Assembly (NCBI GenBank): GCA_020720785.1
Contig: DYOA01000013.1
Span: forward strand, 1 to 60,382
Reading direction: 5' to 3'
Length of the DNA stretch: 60,382 bases
Source of the DNA: Leptospira biflexa
Lineage (GTDB): Bacteria; Spirochaetota; Leptospiria; Turneriellales; DYLW01
Under the pieces are notes generated by a model that was given only the letters and a program-made list of their open reading frames with translations, had not been told where the DNA came from and made no database searches. This document shows positions 38,341 to 50,243 of this stretch, piece after piece. A program made the translations under genes and the position numbers. Every line of letters begins with the position of its first letter. The stretch's first letter is position 1.

Positions 38341-38481
38341 AATACGGCAATCTGATAACTCCAGAATGGCCGTCAAGAAAAGTTGAACAGGATTTATGCT
38401 ATTTTTTTGCCCGCTTTGGGGGGAAATTTCTGCCGCACGGCGTTCAAGGACACTATTCCAATGGAACCGCTATGGAATTGA

Positions 38482-39756
38482 TTATAGATTATTCATGTGG
38501 TCAATTTTTCGGGCCAGAAGGCGGGATAAAAATAATCCATAGTAAGGATAACTTTTAATGGAATCCACAAACTCACCTTTGGAAACCTTAATCAACAAAC
38601 CATCCGTAACCGCTTTTACCGTGGCCGTGCGCCGATTGCTCAGCAGAAAAGCCAGTTCCCCAATGAAAATATCGTTGGGAGTGAGGCGGGCAATGGAATC
38701 CCCGGATTTTGCGATCACTTCATATTCGCCCTTTGCAATATAATACAGAAAATTGGAGGATTCCCCTTCACGAAAAATATAATCTCCGGATTTTACCGCC
38801 AGTTCTTCCTTCTCAACAAAAATCTGTGGGATAAAATTGGAATGATCCGTTTCATGGGATATCTCAAAGGAAACCTGGTTACCGGAATCATTATAGCGAA
38901 AATTCTGGACAATCTGTGTGGTGATGGTTATCCCTCTTCCATGGGCAGTCTCATTTTTTTCTTTCACATCATTCAGGCGTTTTCTCCAGTCAAAACCTGT
39001 ACCCTCATCCCTTATGGAAAAGGAAGATATGTCCTCACGGATTCTGTAATTCAAATATACCTTTTTACGTGCAATTTCCGGATCCTGGTTTTTATTTTCA
39101 ACAATGTCCATAATCCCATGTCCATCCATGAGGAGCCGAGTTTTTTCATCATAGCTGATATTACAGTTTCCGTGTTCAATGGCATTCTGGATGAGTTCAA
39201 TAAACACCAGCTTGATTCCATCCCTCTGGTTTAAGCGGATATAATTGGAATAGTATAAAAAATTCGATAAAATGCTAGCGTATACATTCGCTTCAAAAGG
39301 ATCATTATCCAGAATAAACTCGCCGGTGATATTCTTCATCAGGCTCTGCTGGAGCTCTCTCTGAAAAATCAGATTGATATTACGGGAAAAAATCTTGATA
39401 ACACTGGGAAGCCGCAGGGAAATCTCCCTCCTTTCCATGGAACCCACCACATTTATTCCTTCAATTTTCTCTAGAAGTTCAGATTCGCTTTTATTAGCAT
39501 ACACAATGACGACCCCGGAATAATGTAGCCAGGGATCGTTTTTCATGGTGCGGATGAACTGGTACATGGAATCCATTTCTTCTTCCACGGTAAAATCCAG
39601 AATAACCAGTTCCGGATATTCATAATTCAGAAACTGCACAGATTCTTCCAGAGTGGAAGTAAATTCTGCCAATATGGAATCAGAGAAAGGGCGTAAAATT
39701 CCCTTTACTCCATCTGTAATGACACTGCTTCTGCTGTATACCAGTACCTTATTCAT
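38482..39756 (-). CDS. receiver-like + RsbW-type HATPase + cNMP-binding domain protein
   Basis: ELIQNAIEHG, DEGTGFD, HGRGI; C-terminal IFREGE, FIGELAFL, RTATV; start overlaps gltD stop. Confidence 0.85.
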   Translation of the reverse strand: MNKVLVYSRSSVITDGVKGILRPFSDSILAEFTSTLEESVQFLNYEYPELVILDFTVEEEMDSMYQFIRTMKNDPWLHYSGVVIVYANKSESELLEKIEGINVVGSMERREISLRLPSVIKIFSRNINLIFQRELQQSLMKNITGEFILDNDPFEANVYASILSNFLYYSNYIRLNQRDGIKLVFIELIQNAIEHGNCNISYDEKTRLLMDGHGIMDIVENKNQDPEIARKKVYLNYRIREDISSFSIRDEGTGFDWRKRLNDVKEKNETAHGRGITITTQIVQNFRYNDSGNQVSFEISHETDHSNFIPQIFVEKEELAVKSGDYIFREGESSNFLYYIAKGEYEVIAKSGDSIARLTPNDIFIGELAFLLSNRRTATVKAVTDGLLIKVSKGEFVDSIKSYPYYGLFLSRLLARKIDHMNNL

Positions 39757-41210
39757 ACCCGGGGAATGTCCCCTTTTCCTTTCTTCGGCAGATTGCTGTG
39801 ACCCATTAAGTATTTATCCACGGCAAACGCAGTTTCTCTCCCTTCGGATATGGCCCATACCACAAGCGACTGTCCCCTGCGGGAATCTCCTGCGGCAAAA
39901 ATGCCGGGAACGTTGGTCATATATTTTTCATCGGTTTTAATATTTCCGCTCTGGTCCAGCTCAATGCCCAGCTCTTTCAGCAGGCCATCGGGGCGGGGTC
40001 CGGTAAATCCCATTGCCAGAAAAACATAATCCGCTTTCCAGACACGCTCCGTACCTGGAATTTCTTTCATTTTGGGTCTTTCTCCGGACGGAAATTCCCA
40101 TTCCACCTTTATGGTTTTTATCTTTTCCAGCTTTCCATTGCTGCCCAGAAATTCTTTGGTCAGAATACTCCAATCCCTATCCCCGCCCTCTTCGTGGGAT
40201 GTGGAAACTTTGAGGACATTAGGATAATAGGGCCAGGGCTGGGATTGGGGTCTCTCTTTGGATGGTTTGGGAAATAATTCAAAATTAGTCACGGAGTTTG
40301 CTTTCTGGCGGTGGGCAGTTCCCACACAGTCAGATCCGGTATCTCCTCCGCCAATGACAATGACATCCTTTCCCTGGACGTCAATGGTATCATTCCCATC
40401 CAGTCCATCGTTCATTTTATTTTGAGACACAAGGTATTCCATAGCAAAATGAACTCCATCCAGTTCCCTTCCCGGTGCTGGCAGATCCCGGGGAACAGTG
40501 GAGCCAATGGCCAGAATGACAGCATCATATTTTTTCAGGTCAGATACCGGGAAATTTCCACCCACATCGGTATTTGTGAGGAAGCTAATTCCTTCTTTTT
40601 TCAGGATATTAATCCGGCGGTCAATCACCCATTTCTCCAGTTTAAAATCTGGTATACCGTAACGCAGTAATCCACCCACTTTGGGTGCTTTTTCCATGAC
40701 AGTGACTTCATGTCCGGCAGAATTTAACTGAGCAGCCACGGCTAGGCCGGATGGCCCCGAACCAATGACACAGATTTTTTTGCCGGTTTTAATGGAATTC
40801 TGGCGGGGTTCCACCCAACCATGCTCAAAAGCGTGCTCCACAATATTCAGCTCAATCTGTTCAATGGTGACCGGCTCATAGGATATTCCGGCCACACAAG
40901 CATATTCACAAGGTGCCGGGCAAATCCGACCAGTGAACTCCGGAAAATTATTTGTATCATGAAGCCGCAGATAAGCTTTCCGCCACAACCCCCGGTATAT
41001 TAAATCATTAAAATCCGGTATTACATTCCCCAGCGGGCATCCGGAATGACAGAAGGGAATTCCGCAATCCATACAGCGGGCTGCTTGCTCTTTGAGTTTT
41101 TCCTCCGGAAAATCCTTCACAAACTCCCGGTAGGTTTTTACCCTTTCCTCCACAGATCTCCGGGCGGAAAGTTCTCTGGCATACTGTTTAAACCCGTTTA
41201 ATTTTCCCAC
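39753..41210 (-). CDS. gltD: glutamate synthase small subunit
   Basis: RCMDCGIPFC, GRICPAPCE, GSGPSG, GGGDTGSDC, GDSRRGQSLVVWAI; GTG start. Confidence 0.96.
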   Translation of the reverse strand: MGKLNGFKQYARELSARRSVEERVKTYREFVKDFPEEKLKEQAARCMDCGIPFCHSGCPLGNVIPDFNDLIYRGLWRKAYLRLHDTNNFPEFTGRICPAPCEYACVAGISYEPVTIEQIELNIVEHAFEHGWVEPRQNSIKTGKKICVIGSGPSGLAVAAQLNSAGHEVTVMEKAPKVGGLLRYGIPDFKLEKWVIDRRINILKKEGISFLTNTDVGGNFPVSDLKKYDAVILAIGSTVPRDLPAPGRELDGVHFAMEYLVSQNKMNDGLDGNDTIDVQGKDVIVIGGGDTGSDCVGTAHRQKANSVTNFELFPKPSKERPQSQPWPYYPNVLKVSTSHEEGGDRDWSILTKEFLGSNGKLEKIKTIKVEWEFPSGERPKMKEIPGTERVWKADYVFLAMGFTGPRPDGLLKELGIELDQSGNIKTDEKYMTNVPGIFAAGDSRRGQSLVVWAISEGRETAFAVDKYLMGHSNLPKKGKGDIPRV

Positions 41211-41239
41211 ATTGTACTCCTTGTTGAATCCATCCGTTA

Positions 41240-44200
41240 TTATGCCACAGAAAGCGGTTCTTTGTTTTCATTGGCAATACGCTCCAGAGCCTTCTTATAA
41301 TCTTTGGGGATCACCTTGATAAATTTATGCAGATTGGAAGACCAGTCCGTGAGAATATCCCCGGCAACTTTGCTGCGGGTATAACGGAAATGGTTCTCAA
41401 TCATACTCCGGAGTTCGTTGATATCATCCGGCTTAATCAGAATTTCCAGATCCACCATTTCCTGGTTACACCAGGATGTGCTGAAATCTCCGTTTATATC
41501 GTACACATAAGCTATCCCGCCGCTCATACCCGCAGCAAAATTCCGCCCGGTAGCTCCTAATACCACCACCCTGCCCCCGGTCATGTATTCACAGCCATGG
41601 TCCCCCACACCTTCCACCACGGCCCGGGCACCGCTGTTGCGGACCCCAAACCTTTCTCCGGCAATACCCCGGACATACAGTTCTCCGGAGGTGGCCCCGT
41701 AAAGAGCCACATTGCCTATGATAATATTTTCCGACGCCACATAGTCCGATGTATATTCATCGGGAGGGGATACGGCAATTTTTGCCCCGGAAAGCCCTTT
41801 CCCCAGAAAATCATTCGCTTCCCCTTTGATGTGAAAGGAGACCCCTTTTGCCCCAAACGCCCCAAAGCTCTGGCCGGCGGATCCCTGGGCGTGGATAATA
41901 ATGGTATCCTCCGGTAAACCAGCTTCTCCGTATTTTCTGGAAATTTCACTGGAAAGCAGGGTGCCCACTGTCCGGTTTGTATTCCGGATGGTAATCCCAA
42001 ACTCCACCCTTTCCATTCTATCCAGAGCCGGTCTTGCTTTTTCTATGATGATATTATCCAGAGCTTTGTCCAGACCATGATCCTGGGGGATCATGCTCTT
42101 AATACCATTGATATCTTGGGGTTTTTTCAGAATGGAGGACAAATCCAGATGTTTCGCTTTTTCATGGATAATAGTATCTCTCATTTTCAGCAGATCGGAA
42201 CGGCCAATCATCTCATCCATGGTCCGTATTCCCAGGGAAGCCATAATCCGTCGCAGCTCCTGGGCAATAAAATAAAAGAAATTGATGACATGCTCTGGTT
42301 TGCCTGTAAATTTACTCCGCAATTCCGGATCCTGGGTGGCCACTCCCACCGGACAGGAATTCAGGTGACAGGCACGCATCATTACGCAGCCCAATACCAC
42401 CAAAGGAGCCGTAGCAAATCCAAATTCCTCCGCTCCCAGAAGTGCCGCAATGGCCACATCCCGTCCCGTTTTGAGAGAGCCATCGGTTTCCAGCACCACC
42501 CGGCTGCGGAGTTCATTCATCACCAGAGTCTGGTGGGCCTCCGCCAACCCCAGTTCCCAGGGAAGACCCGCATGCTTGAGGCTGGTCTGGGGACTGGCAC
42601 CAGTTCCGCCATCCCATCCGCTGATCAGGATCACATCGGCTTTCCCTTTGGCCAGACCGGCCGCCACGGTACCCACCCCCACTTCGGAAACCAGCTTCAC
42701 GCTGATCCGGGCCATTTTATTGGAATTTTTCAGATCATGGATCAACTGGGCAATATCTTCAATACTGTAGATATCATGATGGGGGGGCGGAGAAATGAGA
42801 CTCACATAAGGCGTGGAATGGCGTACCTCCGCAATCCAGGGATACACTTTTTCACTGGGGAGCTGGCCACCCTCTCCGGGTTTGGCTCCCTGTGCCATTT
42901 TAATCTGGAGTTCGGATGCGTTGATTAAATAATTACTGGTAACCCCAAACCGACCGGAGGCCACCTGCTTGATTTCGCTTCTTTTGCTGTCCCCATTATC
43001 CAGCGGAATGAACCGTTCCGCGTTTTCCCCGCCTTCCCCGCTGTTGGATTTCGCTCCCAGACGGTTCATGGCAATGGCCAGGGTTTCATGGGCTTCCTGA
43101 CTCAGGGAGCCATAACTCATCGCTCCGGTTTTGAACCGTTTCACAATACTTTCCCAAGATTCCACCTCTTTCAGAGGGATGGAGGCGGATGTCTCTTTAA
43201 AATCCAGCATTCCCCGAATGGTGAAAATCTCCCGGGCCTGGTCATTGATCATTTCCGCATACTGTAAATACAGGTTTTCATTCCGGTCCCGGGTGGCCTG
43301 CTGGAGCCATGCGATGCTGTATGGATTGAAGAGGTGACGTTCCCCATCCCGCCGCCATTTATAAACCCCGCCAATATCCAATTGGGACGGACGGGTGGAT
43401 GGACGGTCCGGAAATGCGTTTCTGTGACGGTAGAGGCTTTCCTGGTTGATTTCCTCCAGACCAATGCCCCCAATCCGGGATGGCGTATTGGTAAAGAATT
43501 CATCAATGAAAGCCTTATTCAAACCAATCGCTTCAAAGATCTGGGCTCCCCGGTAGCTGGACAGGGTGGAAATTCCCATCTTGGACATGACTTTCAGAAT
43601 GCCTTTGTCCACCGCCTTGATATAATGACGGATCAGCAGATTCAGATCCATATCTTTGATCCGCCGCTGGTTTATCATATCCTCAATGGTTTCAAAAACC
43701 AGATAAGGATTGACAGCACTGGCCCCATAACCAAAAAGAGTGGCAAAATGATGCACCTCTCTGGGCTCTCCGCTTTCCAGAACAATACCACATTTCCCCC
43801 GGATTTCTCTGCGGATTAAATAATGGTGCAGACCCGCCACGGCTATAAGAGCCGGAATGGGTGGATTGTCCTTATCTGCCCTGCGGTCAGAGAGGACCAC
43901 TATGGTCACCCCATCGTTCACCGCTTTTTCTATGTCAATAAAAAGGGATTCCAAAGCCTTGCGAATTCCCGCTGTCCCATCTTCCGCCCTGTAAATAATG
44001 GGAAAGGATTTGGCAAACAGGTTTTTCATGTCAGCACCTTTTATCTTTGCCATTTCTTTATTGGTCAGGACCGGACTGGTTATTTTGAGCTGGTGGCAGG
44101 CTTCTTCGGTTTCCTCAAAAAGATTTTTATCCGTGCCGATGGTGGTGGACAGAGAGGTCACCAGTTTTTCCCGTATGGCATCCAGAGGCGGATTCGTCAC

Positions 44201-45772
44201 CTGGGCAAACAATTGATGGAAATAGTTGAATAATAGCTGGGGACGGTCAGATAATATAGCGATGGGGAAATCCGAACCCATGGAACCCACCGGCTCCTGT
44301 CCAGTGACAGCCATCGGTTCAATGATGATATCCAGATCTTCCCGAGTGAAACCAAACATTTTCTGCCGCTGGTGGAGGGTATCAAAATCGGCCCCCCGGA
44401 CTCTTTTTACCAGAGGCAGATTATCCATGGGAACCAGGTTTCTTTTCACCCAGAGGGAATATGGCCGGGAACCGGCAATTTCTTCCTTGATCTCCGCGTC
44501 CGGTACAATCCGTCCCTTGGCGGTATCCACCAGAAACATTCTTCCTGGCTGGAGGCGTCCTTTGGATTCCACATTTTCCGGCTGGATATCCACCACTCCG
44601 GATTCGGAACTCATCACAAACATTCCGTCCTTGGTGACGGTATACCGGGAGGGGCGCAGACCATTTCTATCCAGCACTGCCCCAATCACCTCGCCATCTG
44701 TGAAGGGAATGGACGCCGGTCCGTCCCAGGGCTCCATAATAGTGGAGGAATATTCATAAAACCCTTTTTTGTTCTCGCTCATAGTATCATGGTTTTCCCA
44801 GGCTTCCGGGATCATCATCATGATGGCCTTGGGCAGAGATCGTCCGGTGTGGTATAATAACTCCAGAGCGTTATCCAGAATGGCGGAGTCGCTGGCATTG
44901 GGGGTCAAAACCGGAATGATTTTGCGGATATCATCCCCAAACAGAGGAGATTCAAACATGGGTTCCCGTGCCTTCATCCAGTTGATATTTCCACGCAGGG
45001 TATTGATCTCTCCGTTGTGGCTCAGAAACCGGAAAGGATGTGCCAGATCCCAGGAAGGAAACGTATTGGTGCTGTAACGCTGGTGGACCATAGCCAGACC
45101 GCTTTCCATATCAGTATCCTGCAGGTCTGTATAGTATGCAGACACCTGATGGGCCAGAAACATTCCCTTATATACGATGGTGCGGGAGGAAAGACTGGGC
45201 ACATAAAAAAGATGTTTTTCTTCCACCTGGGAATTGCGGACTTCCCTTTCCATTAACTTCCTTATTATGTATAACTTCCTTTCAAAATCGGACTGGTCTT
45301 TTATTTTACCACCCTTGCCAATGAATACCTGACGGATAACGGGTTCGGAGCGGCGGGCAATTTCACCGATTTTCTCCGAATCCACGGGAACATCCCGCAT
45401 TCCCAGGTAAACCTGCCCTTCTGCGTGGGTAATCTGGCGGAATAAGGCTTCCATATAATTAAGGTCCTCTTTCTTACGCGGTAAAAAAACCAGACCGGTG
45501 CCATAATCCATCGCATTGGGAAGATTAATATTGGCATCTACGGCAATTTTGGCAATAAACTTATGGGGAGTCTGTATCAGGATACCCGCTCCATCCCCCG
45601 TCATATTATCTGCCGCTGCCGCCCCCCGATGGGTAAGATTTTCCAGTATCCGGAGACCTTTCAGGATAATGTCATGGGATTTCTGGCCTTTTAAATTACC
45701 AATCAGACCCACTCCGCAGGCATCGTGCTCAAATTCTGGAACATATAAACCGGTATTTTCTGGTCGCTTCAT
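41240..45772 (-). CDS. gltB: glutamate synthase large subunit
   Basis: [53 protein letters not shown]. Confidence 0.98.
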   Translation of the reverse strand: MKRPENTGLYVPEFEHDACGVGLIGNLKGQKSHDIILKGLRILENLTHRGAAAADNMTGDGAGILIQTPHKFIAKIAVDANINLPNAMDYGTGLVFLPRKKEDLNYMEALFRQITHAEGQVYLGMRDVPVDSEKIGEIARRSEPVIRQVFIGKGGKIKDQSDFERKLYIIRKLMEREVRNSQVEEKHLFYVPSLSSRTIVYKGMFLAHQVSAYYTDLQDTDMESGLAMVHQRYSTNTFPSWDLAHPFRFLSHNGEINTLRGNINWMKAREPMFESPLFGDDIRKIIPVLTPNASDSAILDNALELLYHTGRSLPKAIMMMIPEAWENHDTMSENKKGFYEYSSTIMEPWDGPASIPFTDGEVIGAVLDRNGLRPSRYTVTKDGMFVMSSESGVVDIQPENVESKGRLQPGRMFLVDTAKGRIVPDAEIKEEIAGSRPYSLWVKRNLVPMDNLPLVKRVRGADFDTLHQRQKMFGFTREDLDIIIEPMAVTGQEPVGSMGSDFPIAILSDRPQLLFNYFHQLFAQVTNPPLDAIREKLVTSLSTTIGTDKNLFEETEEACHQLKITSPVLTNKEMAKIKGADMKNLFAKSFPIIYRAEDGTAGIRKALESLFIDIEKAVNDGVTIVVLSDRRADKDNPPIPALIAVAGLHHYLIRREIRGKCGIVLESGEPREVHHFATLFGYGASAVNPYLVFETIEDMINQRRIKDMDLNLLIRHYIKAVDKGILKVMSKMGISTLSSYRGAQIFEAIGLNKAFIDEFFTNTPSRIGGIGLEEINQESLYRHRNAFPDRPSTRPSQLDIGGVYKWRRDGERHLFNPYSIAWLQQATRDRNENLYLQYAEMINDQAREIFTIRGMLDFKETSASIPLKEVESWESIVKRFKTGAMSYGSLSQEAHETLAIAMNRLGAKSNSGEGGENAERFIPLDNGDSKRSEIKQVASGRFGVTSNYLINASELQIKMAQGAKPGEGGQLPSEKVYPWIAEVRHSTPYVSLISPPPHHDIYSIEDIAQLIHDLKNSNKMARISVKLVSEVGVGTVAAGLAKGKADVILISGWDGGTGASPQTSLKHAGLPWELGLAEAHQTLVMNELRSRVVLETDGSLKTGRDVAIAALLGAEEFGFATAPLVVLGCVMMRACHLNSCPVGVATQDPELRSKFTGKPEHVINFFYFIAQELRRIMASLGIRTMDEMIGRSDLLKMRDTIIHEKAKHLDLSSILKKPQDINGIKSMIPQDHGLDKALDNIIIEKARPALDRMERVEFGITIRNTNRTVGTLLSSEISRKYGEAGLPEDTIIIHAQGSAGQSFGAFGAKGVSFHIKGEANDFLGKGLSGAKIAVSPPDEYTSDYVASENIIIGNVALYGATSGELYVRGIAGERFGVRNSGARAVVEGVGDHGCEYMTGGRVVVLGATGRNFAAGMSGGIAYVYDINGDFSTSWCNQEMVDLEILIKPDDINELRSMIENHFRYTRSKVAGDILTDWSSNLHKFIKVIPKDYKKALERIANENKEPLSVA

Positions 45773-46110
45773 TCTTTTCCTTCTCTATAACATAAAAAAT
45801 AACATAAAAATACAAATAATTGGGGATTATCCCAGAATTTTTTGCTGTCGCTTGAAATCATCTCCGGGAATGGCAATACAATAACCCAATTATACGTTTT
45901 ATTCATGAAACATCCCGTCAATGAATTTTGGGATACCGTGGTTCTGCATTATTATGTAGGATTAATAGCGACGATTCTGGCTTCCGGATGGATGAAAATA
46001 AGATTTGACAGCATGGAATTTATCGTCAGCAGGAAATATGAGAATCTATCATTGGATCCATACCGGAAATATGGGAGGACTGGAAAAATTCGCCATCCTT
46101 AACTGAGCCG

Positions 46111-47109
46111 TCAATGGATAAGTCCAGAAAGTGCGGAATCGGCTTTGGAGGTCGGTTTTTGCTTCAAGTACCCATAATAATCCAGGATTTCCTCATCGGT
46201 GTGTACCGCCGTCTTTTTTTCGATCGCTCTTTTTTCCATTATAGCATTCCACTTACCCATGGCCATAATGAGTGCCTTCCATACGGATATCCGAACGAGG
46301 AGCAGTTGCACAATGAGATAGAGAATATGACTGAATAATAATTTTCTGGAATGAATATTTTTCCATGTGAAAATAAATCGGTTCCGTAAAGAGATGACTT
46401 TCAGCCTCCTTGCTGAGGAAGTAGATTTGATAGTAAAACTATGGTCATGTTTGGCGACACATCGAGGTTCATAGTAAATTTTCCAGCCTCTCTTCAACGC
46501 CCGATAGCAGAGATCGGTCTCTTCAAATATGTAAGGGTTCATTGCTTCATCGAATCCATCCAATAATAATACTTTGCTTCTGTCAGCGAAAAAATATGCA
46601 CCCTGAACGGAAAAGGATGCGTACAACCCCTCGTTCGGATCATCAACATAATAATTTTCTGTTGTTCTCAGATTTCCTCTTTTCCAATATCCAATTTTGC
46701 CTCCATCCAATAACTTTCCAGTCCGGTATTGATAACCGGTTATAGTTACAGCAAATGTGTCGGCTTTGTTAAAATGGATAGAAAAGTATTGAAATATATT
46801 CTCCGATAATTCCACATCGGTGTTTAAAAAAAATAAAATATCGTTCTTTGCATTCTTTATCCCATCATTGCATGCTGCCGAAAAACCACCATTTTCTGAT
46901 CTGGCAACAACCCGGATATCCGGATAACCTTTCAAGATCTCCAGGCTGTCATCCTTGGAGGCGTCATCCACAACAATGATTTCCCACATGGAATCACATT
47001 GACGAACAGCTGCCATAACGGAGGGCAAAAATTTTGGTAATAAATCCTGTCCGTTGTAATTTGGGATAATAACGCTCAAACTTTTTGTGCAATACTTTTT
47101 CCTGTTCAT
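46111..47109 (-). CDS. glycosyltransferase family 2
   Basis: SVIIPNYNG, VVDDAS.D, NGGFS, FLNTD, FEETDLC. Confidence 0.9.
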   Translation of the reverse strand: MNRKKYCTKSLSVIIPNYNGQDLLPKFLPSVMAAVRQCDSMWEIIVVDDASKDDSLEILKGYPDIRVVARSENGGFSAACNDGIKNAKNDILFFLNTDVELSENIFQYFSIHFNKADTFAVTITGYQYRTGKLLDGGKIGYWKRGNLRTTENYYVDDPNEGLYASFSVQGAYFFADRSKVLLLDGFDEAMNPYIFEETDLCYRALKRGWKIYYEPRCVAKHDHSFTIKSTSSARRLKVISLRNRFIFTWKNIHSRKLLFSHILYLIVQLLLVRISVWKALIMAMGKWNAIMEKRAIEKKTAVHTDEEILDYYGYLKQKPTSKADSALSGLIH

Positions 47110-47214
47110 TGGTTCAAATTTAAATATTCATTATGACGTGAAGCATTTATTTAAATTAAAACTTGATGTTGTTAAAGGGTTGACACCCCACCCGGATTCC
47201 ATTATAAATAATAA

Positions 47215-48075
47215 ATGAAAGTCAGCGGTTTTTCCTTTATCAGAAACGGGATTCAATTTGATTATCCGTTTCTGGAAGCCATTCGTTCCATCCTACCGGT
47301 ATGTGATGAATTCATCGTGGTTGTGGGAGATTCTTCTGATGGCACCAGAGATGCTGTGGTAAAACTATCCGATCCCAAAATTAAAATCATTGATACGGTA
47401 TGGGATGAGAACCTTAGGGAAGGAGGACAAATTCTGGCACAACAAACGAATATTGCCATGGATCACATTACCGGAGACTGGGGATTTTATATCCAGGGCG
47501 ATGAAGTGGTGCACGAAAAGTATCTGGGCATAATCCGGGATTCCATGGAGCGTTACCAGAATCATCCGGAAGTGGACGGTCTCCTCTTCCATTACCGTCA
47601 TTTCTATGGTTCTTATGATTACGTGGGATCATCACGACGCTGGTACCGGAAGGAAATCCGGATAATCAGAAATGACAAATCCATTCGCTCATACAAAGAC
47701 GCCCAAGGTTTCCGGAAAAACGGGAATAAACTCAGGGTCAAGCAGATACCGGCCTGGGTGAATCACTATGGGTGGGTAAAAGATCCCCGGAGCCAGCAGG
47801 AAAAACAAAAATATTTCCACAAGCTCTGGCATGACGATTCCTGGGTGGAGCAAAGAGTAGCAAAGACCCAGACCTTTGATTATGAAGCCAATATTGATGT
47901 TCTGGAAAAATTCACGGAAACCCACCCGGAGGTTATGCATAAGCGCATAGCATTATCCAACTGGAATTTTTCTTATACACCCAAAAAACTGAAGTTGAAA
48001 GAAAGGATATCCGGTTTTATGGAAAAGCTGACCGGATACAGAATTGGGGAATATAAAAACTATAAAATTATTTAA
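47215..48075 (+). CDS. glycosyltransferase family 2-like protein
   Basis: SGFSFIRNG, DS.DGT, YIQGDEV, HYGWV. Confidence 0.85.
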   Translation: MKVSGFSFIRNGIQFDYPFLEAIRSILPVCDEFIVVVGDSSDGTRDAVVKLSDPKIKIIDTVWDENLREGGQILAQQTNIAMDHITGDWGFYIQGDEVVHEKYLGIIRDSMERYQNHPEVDGLLFHYRHFYGSYDYVGSSRRWYRKEIRIIRNDKSIRSYKDAQGFRKNGNKLRVKQIPAWVNHYGWVKDPRSQQEKQKYFHKLWHDDSWVEQRVAKTQTFDYEANIDVLEKFTETHPEVMHKRIALSNWNFSYTPKKLKLKERISGFMEKLTGYRIGEYKNYKII

Positions 48076-48076
48076 C

Positions 48077-48370
48077 ATGCTGACCCCGGAAGAAAAAGCA
48101 GATTATAAAAAATCCTTTCAGGAATTGAAAAATACTGAAATGAAAATGATCAATCCAACAAATGAGAAAAAGAAAAAAGGGACAGTAACCATGACCATTC
48201 ATCTGGGAATGGAATTTGGGATCACCCTCTTTCTGTTTTTATGGCTTGGGAAAAAAGCGGATGAATACATGGGTATTTCTCCCTGGCTTTTCTTTCTGTT
48301 TGGGTTAATGGGGTTTTTTACAGCCCTCTACCGGCTCATTAAATCTGCCGGGAGACTTTCCCGTGATTGA
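48077..48370 (+). CDS. AtpZ/AtpI-family small membrane protein
   Basis: G.EFG..LFL..WLG..AD...G.SPW two-TM pattern. Confidence 0.65.
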   Translation: MLTPEEKADYKKSFQELKNTEMKMINPTNEKKKKGTVTMTIHLGMEFGITLFLFLWLGKKADEYMGISPWLFFLFGLMGFFTALYRLIKSAGRLSRD

Positions 48371-49403
48371 AAAGGTATCCATTTCATCCCCGGCAAAAAT
48401 TAATCTGGGGCTAATAATACCTTTCAAATATGAAAACGGATTCCATCACATTGTTTCCCTATTTGTCCCCATCCCGTTTTATGATCATCTGGAAATAAAT
48501 TTTTTGCCGGAAGAGTGCTATGAGCTTACCTGGGAAAGCACCTTGGATGAAAAGTTTAAATCAGGGATGCAGTCTGCCTTTGACCAGCCGGAGAAAAATC
48601 TTTTGATAAAAACATGGACATGGTTTAAAGAATGGTCACGGGAAAATGACCCCGGGTTCTGGCATAAGTATATCCGGAACTATCCCGGAATCCGTATTCA
48701 TATCCAAAAATCCATTCCCTCGCCCTCCGGCCTTGGTGGGGGCAGCAGTAATGCAGCATCCCTTCTCCGGGCAATCTATGCGGCATTTCCGGAAAATCAT
48801 TTTTATAAAGATGAAAAATATCAATTAAAATTCAACACTGACGTTCTGAAATTAGGAGCAGATATCCCCTTTTTTCTGGGGGATTCTCCCGCTCTCATTT
48901 CCGGAATCGGGGAAATCTTTTCCCGCCACCCCGGCATTTCTGTTCATGGAATCCTGGGTATTCCCCCCTTTGGCTTTGCCACATCCCGTATGTATTCTAA
49001 TCTAAAAAAGGCTTTACAATCTGCCCACGATAAAAAAAATTCCCTAAGCATTATTCACAGGGATTTTGCGGATTTAATTGAATACATGACCAATGGGATG
49101 GCGTTACAAAAACGGGAAGCCTCACCTCTTCTGCAAAAAAGGGGAGAGTATATTTGGCTGGAAAATGAATTCTGGGATGCTGGCATGAGTTTATTTCCGG
49201 ATATGTCCGGAATTCTCCAGGTGGCTGTCCGGACAATGGCCGATTGTTTTGCCCAGGAAAAAATAATTCCATTGATCAGTATGAGTGGTTCGGGATCATC
49301 CATTTTCTGTATTATCCGTAACGCAGAGGGTGCTCAAGCCGCTATCAGTATTCAAAAAAAGCTGAAAATATTAATTCCGGATTTTATGTGGATTAGCTAT
49401 TAA
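48363..49403 (+). CDS. ispE: 4-diphosphocytidyl-2-C-methyl-D-erythritol kinase
   Basis: PAKINLGL, IP..SGLGGGSSNAA, LGADIPFF, MSGSGS. Confidence 0.88.
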   Translation: MIEKVSISSPAKINLGLIIPFKYENGFHHIVSLFVPIPFYDHLEINFLPEECYELTWESTLDEKFKSGMQSAFDQPEKNLLIKTWTWFKEWSRENDPGFWHKYIRNYPGIRIHIQKSIPSPSGLGGGSSNAASLLRAIYAAFPENHFYKDEKYQLKFNTDVLKLGADIPFFLGDSPALISGIGEIFSRHPGISVHGILGIPPFGFATSRMYSNLKKALQSAHDKKNSLSIIHRDFADLIEYMTNGMALQKREASPLLQKRGEYIWLENEFWDAGMSLFPDMSGILQVAVRTMADCFAQEKIIPLISMSGSGSSIFCIIRNAEGAQAAISIQKKLKILIPDFMWISY

Positions 49404-49404
49404 T

Positions 49405-49476
49405 AGGGCTGTCGCCAAGTGGTAAGGCACTGGGTTTTGGTCTCAGCATCCGTGGGTTCGAATCCTACCAGCCCTG
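49405..49476 (+). tRNA. tRNA-Gln(TTG)
   Basis: Cloverleaf: AGGGCTG/CAGCCCT acceptor, GCC-AAGTGGTAA-GGC D arm, CTGGG-TTTTGGT-CTCAG anticodon arm, GTGGG-TTCGAAT-CCTAC T arm; CCA not encoded. Confidence 0.95.
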
Positions 49477-49490
49477 CATTCCTTTCTACC

Positions 49491-50243
49491 ATGGAACGAT
49501 ACGTAGTAATATTAGCCGCCGGCAAGGGTACGCGCATGAAAAGCGAAATGCCCAAAGTGTTGCATACCCTGAAAGGTAAGGCAATGGTGCATTACGTTTT
49601 GGATTCTCTGAACGAATTGGGTATAAAAAAGGTAGTTATTGTCATTGGATTTAAAAAGGAAATGGTAATGGAAAGTGTTAACCAGTGGAAATCCAATGCA
49701 AACCCGGATTTCCCCATAGAGTTTGCCGAACAACCTCTTATGAGGGGAACAGGAGAAGCTGTGATGGTGACGGAGCCATTTTTTACAGATCATCATGGGT
49801 CCTTGGCCATTCTTCTGGGAGATGTTCCCCTGATTCGGAAGGAAACCATTCTTTCGTTTTTTGAGGTAGCCCAGTCCAACCCCCGGATTCCGATTGTGGT
49901 ATCGATGAAGCTGGATAATCCAACGGGATATGGCAGGATTCTCCGTGATTCCGATCATTCTGTGCGAAGCATTGTGGAAGAGAAAGACGCATCGGATAGC
50001 CAGAAGAAAATCACGGAAGTAAACACAGGCATTTTTGTGCTCCCCATCCCCCAGGTCTGGGAACATCTGCATTCCATTGAAAGCAATAATTCCCAGAAAG
50101 AATATTATTTGACAGATATCATTGAAATTTATGGAAAACGGCATTTGCCGTTTCATGCGGTGCAAAAGGAAAATCCTCTGGAATTCACCGGAATTAATTC
50201 CAGAGAGCAGTTGGAAGAAATAGAGAGGGAAATTTATGGATAA
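49491..50243 (+). CDS. glmU: GlmU uridylyltransferase domain only
   Basis: [48 protein letters not shown]; ends at 250 aa. Confidence 0.85.
   Translation: MERYVVILAAGKGTRMKSEMPKVLHTLKGKAMVHYVLDSLNELGIKKVVIVIGFKKEMVMESVNQWKSNANPDFPIEFAEQPLMRGTGEAVMVTEPFFTDHHGSLAILLGDVPLIRKETILSFFEVAQSNPRIPIVVSMKLDNPTGYGRILRDSDHSVRSIVEEKDASDSQKKITEVNTGIFVLPIPQVWEHLHSIESNNSQKEYYLTDIIEIYGKRHLPFHAVQKENPLEFTGINSREQLEEIEREIYG

Noticed and set aside
45773-46110. Riboswitch or sigma54 site upstream of gltB
   Set aside because: No convincing GG-N10-GC spacing or aptamer consensus by eye; the TTGACG/TATAAT pair has a 21-nt spacer
49419-49490. N-terminal extension of GlmU (MVRHWVLV...)
   Set aside because: It is the tRNA-Gln sequence read in frame; the real start is 49491
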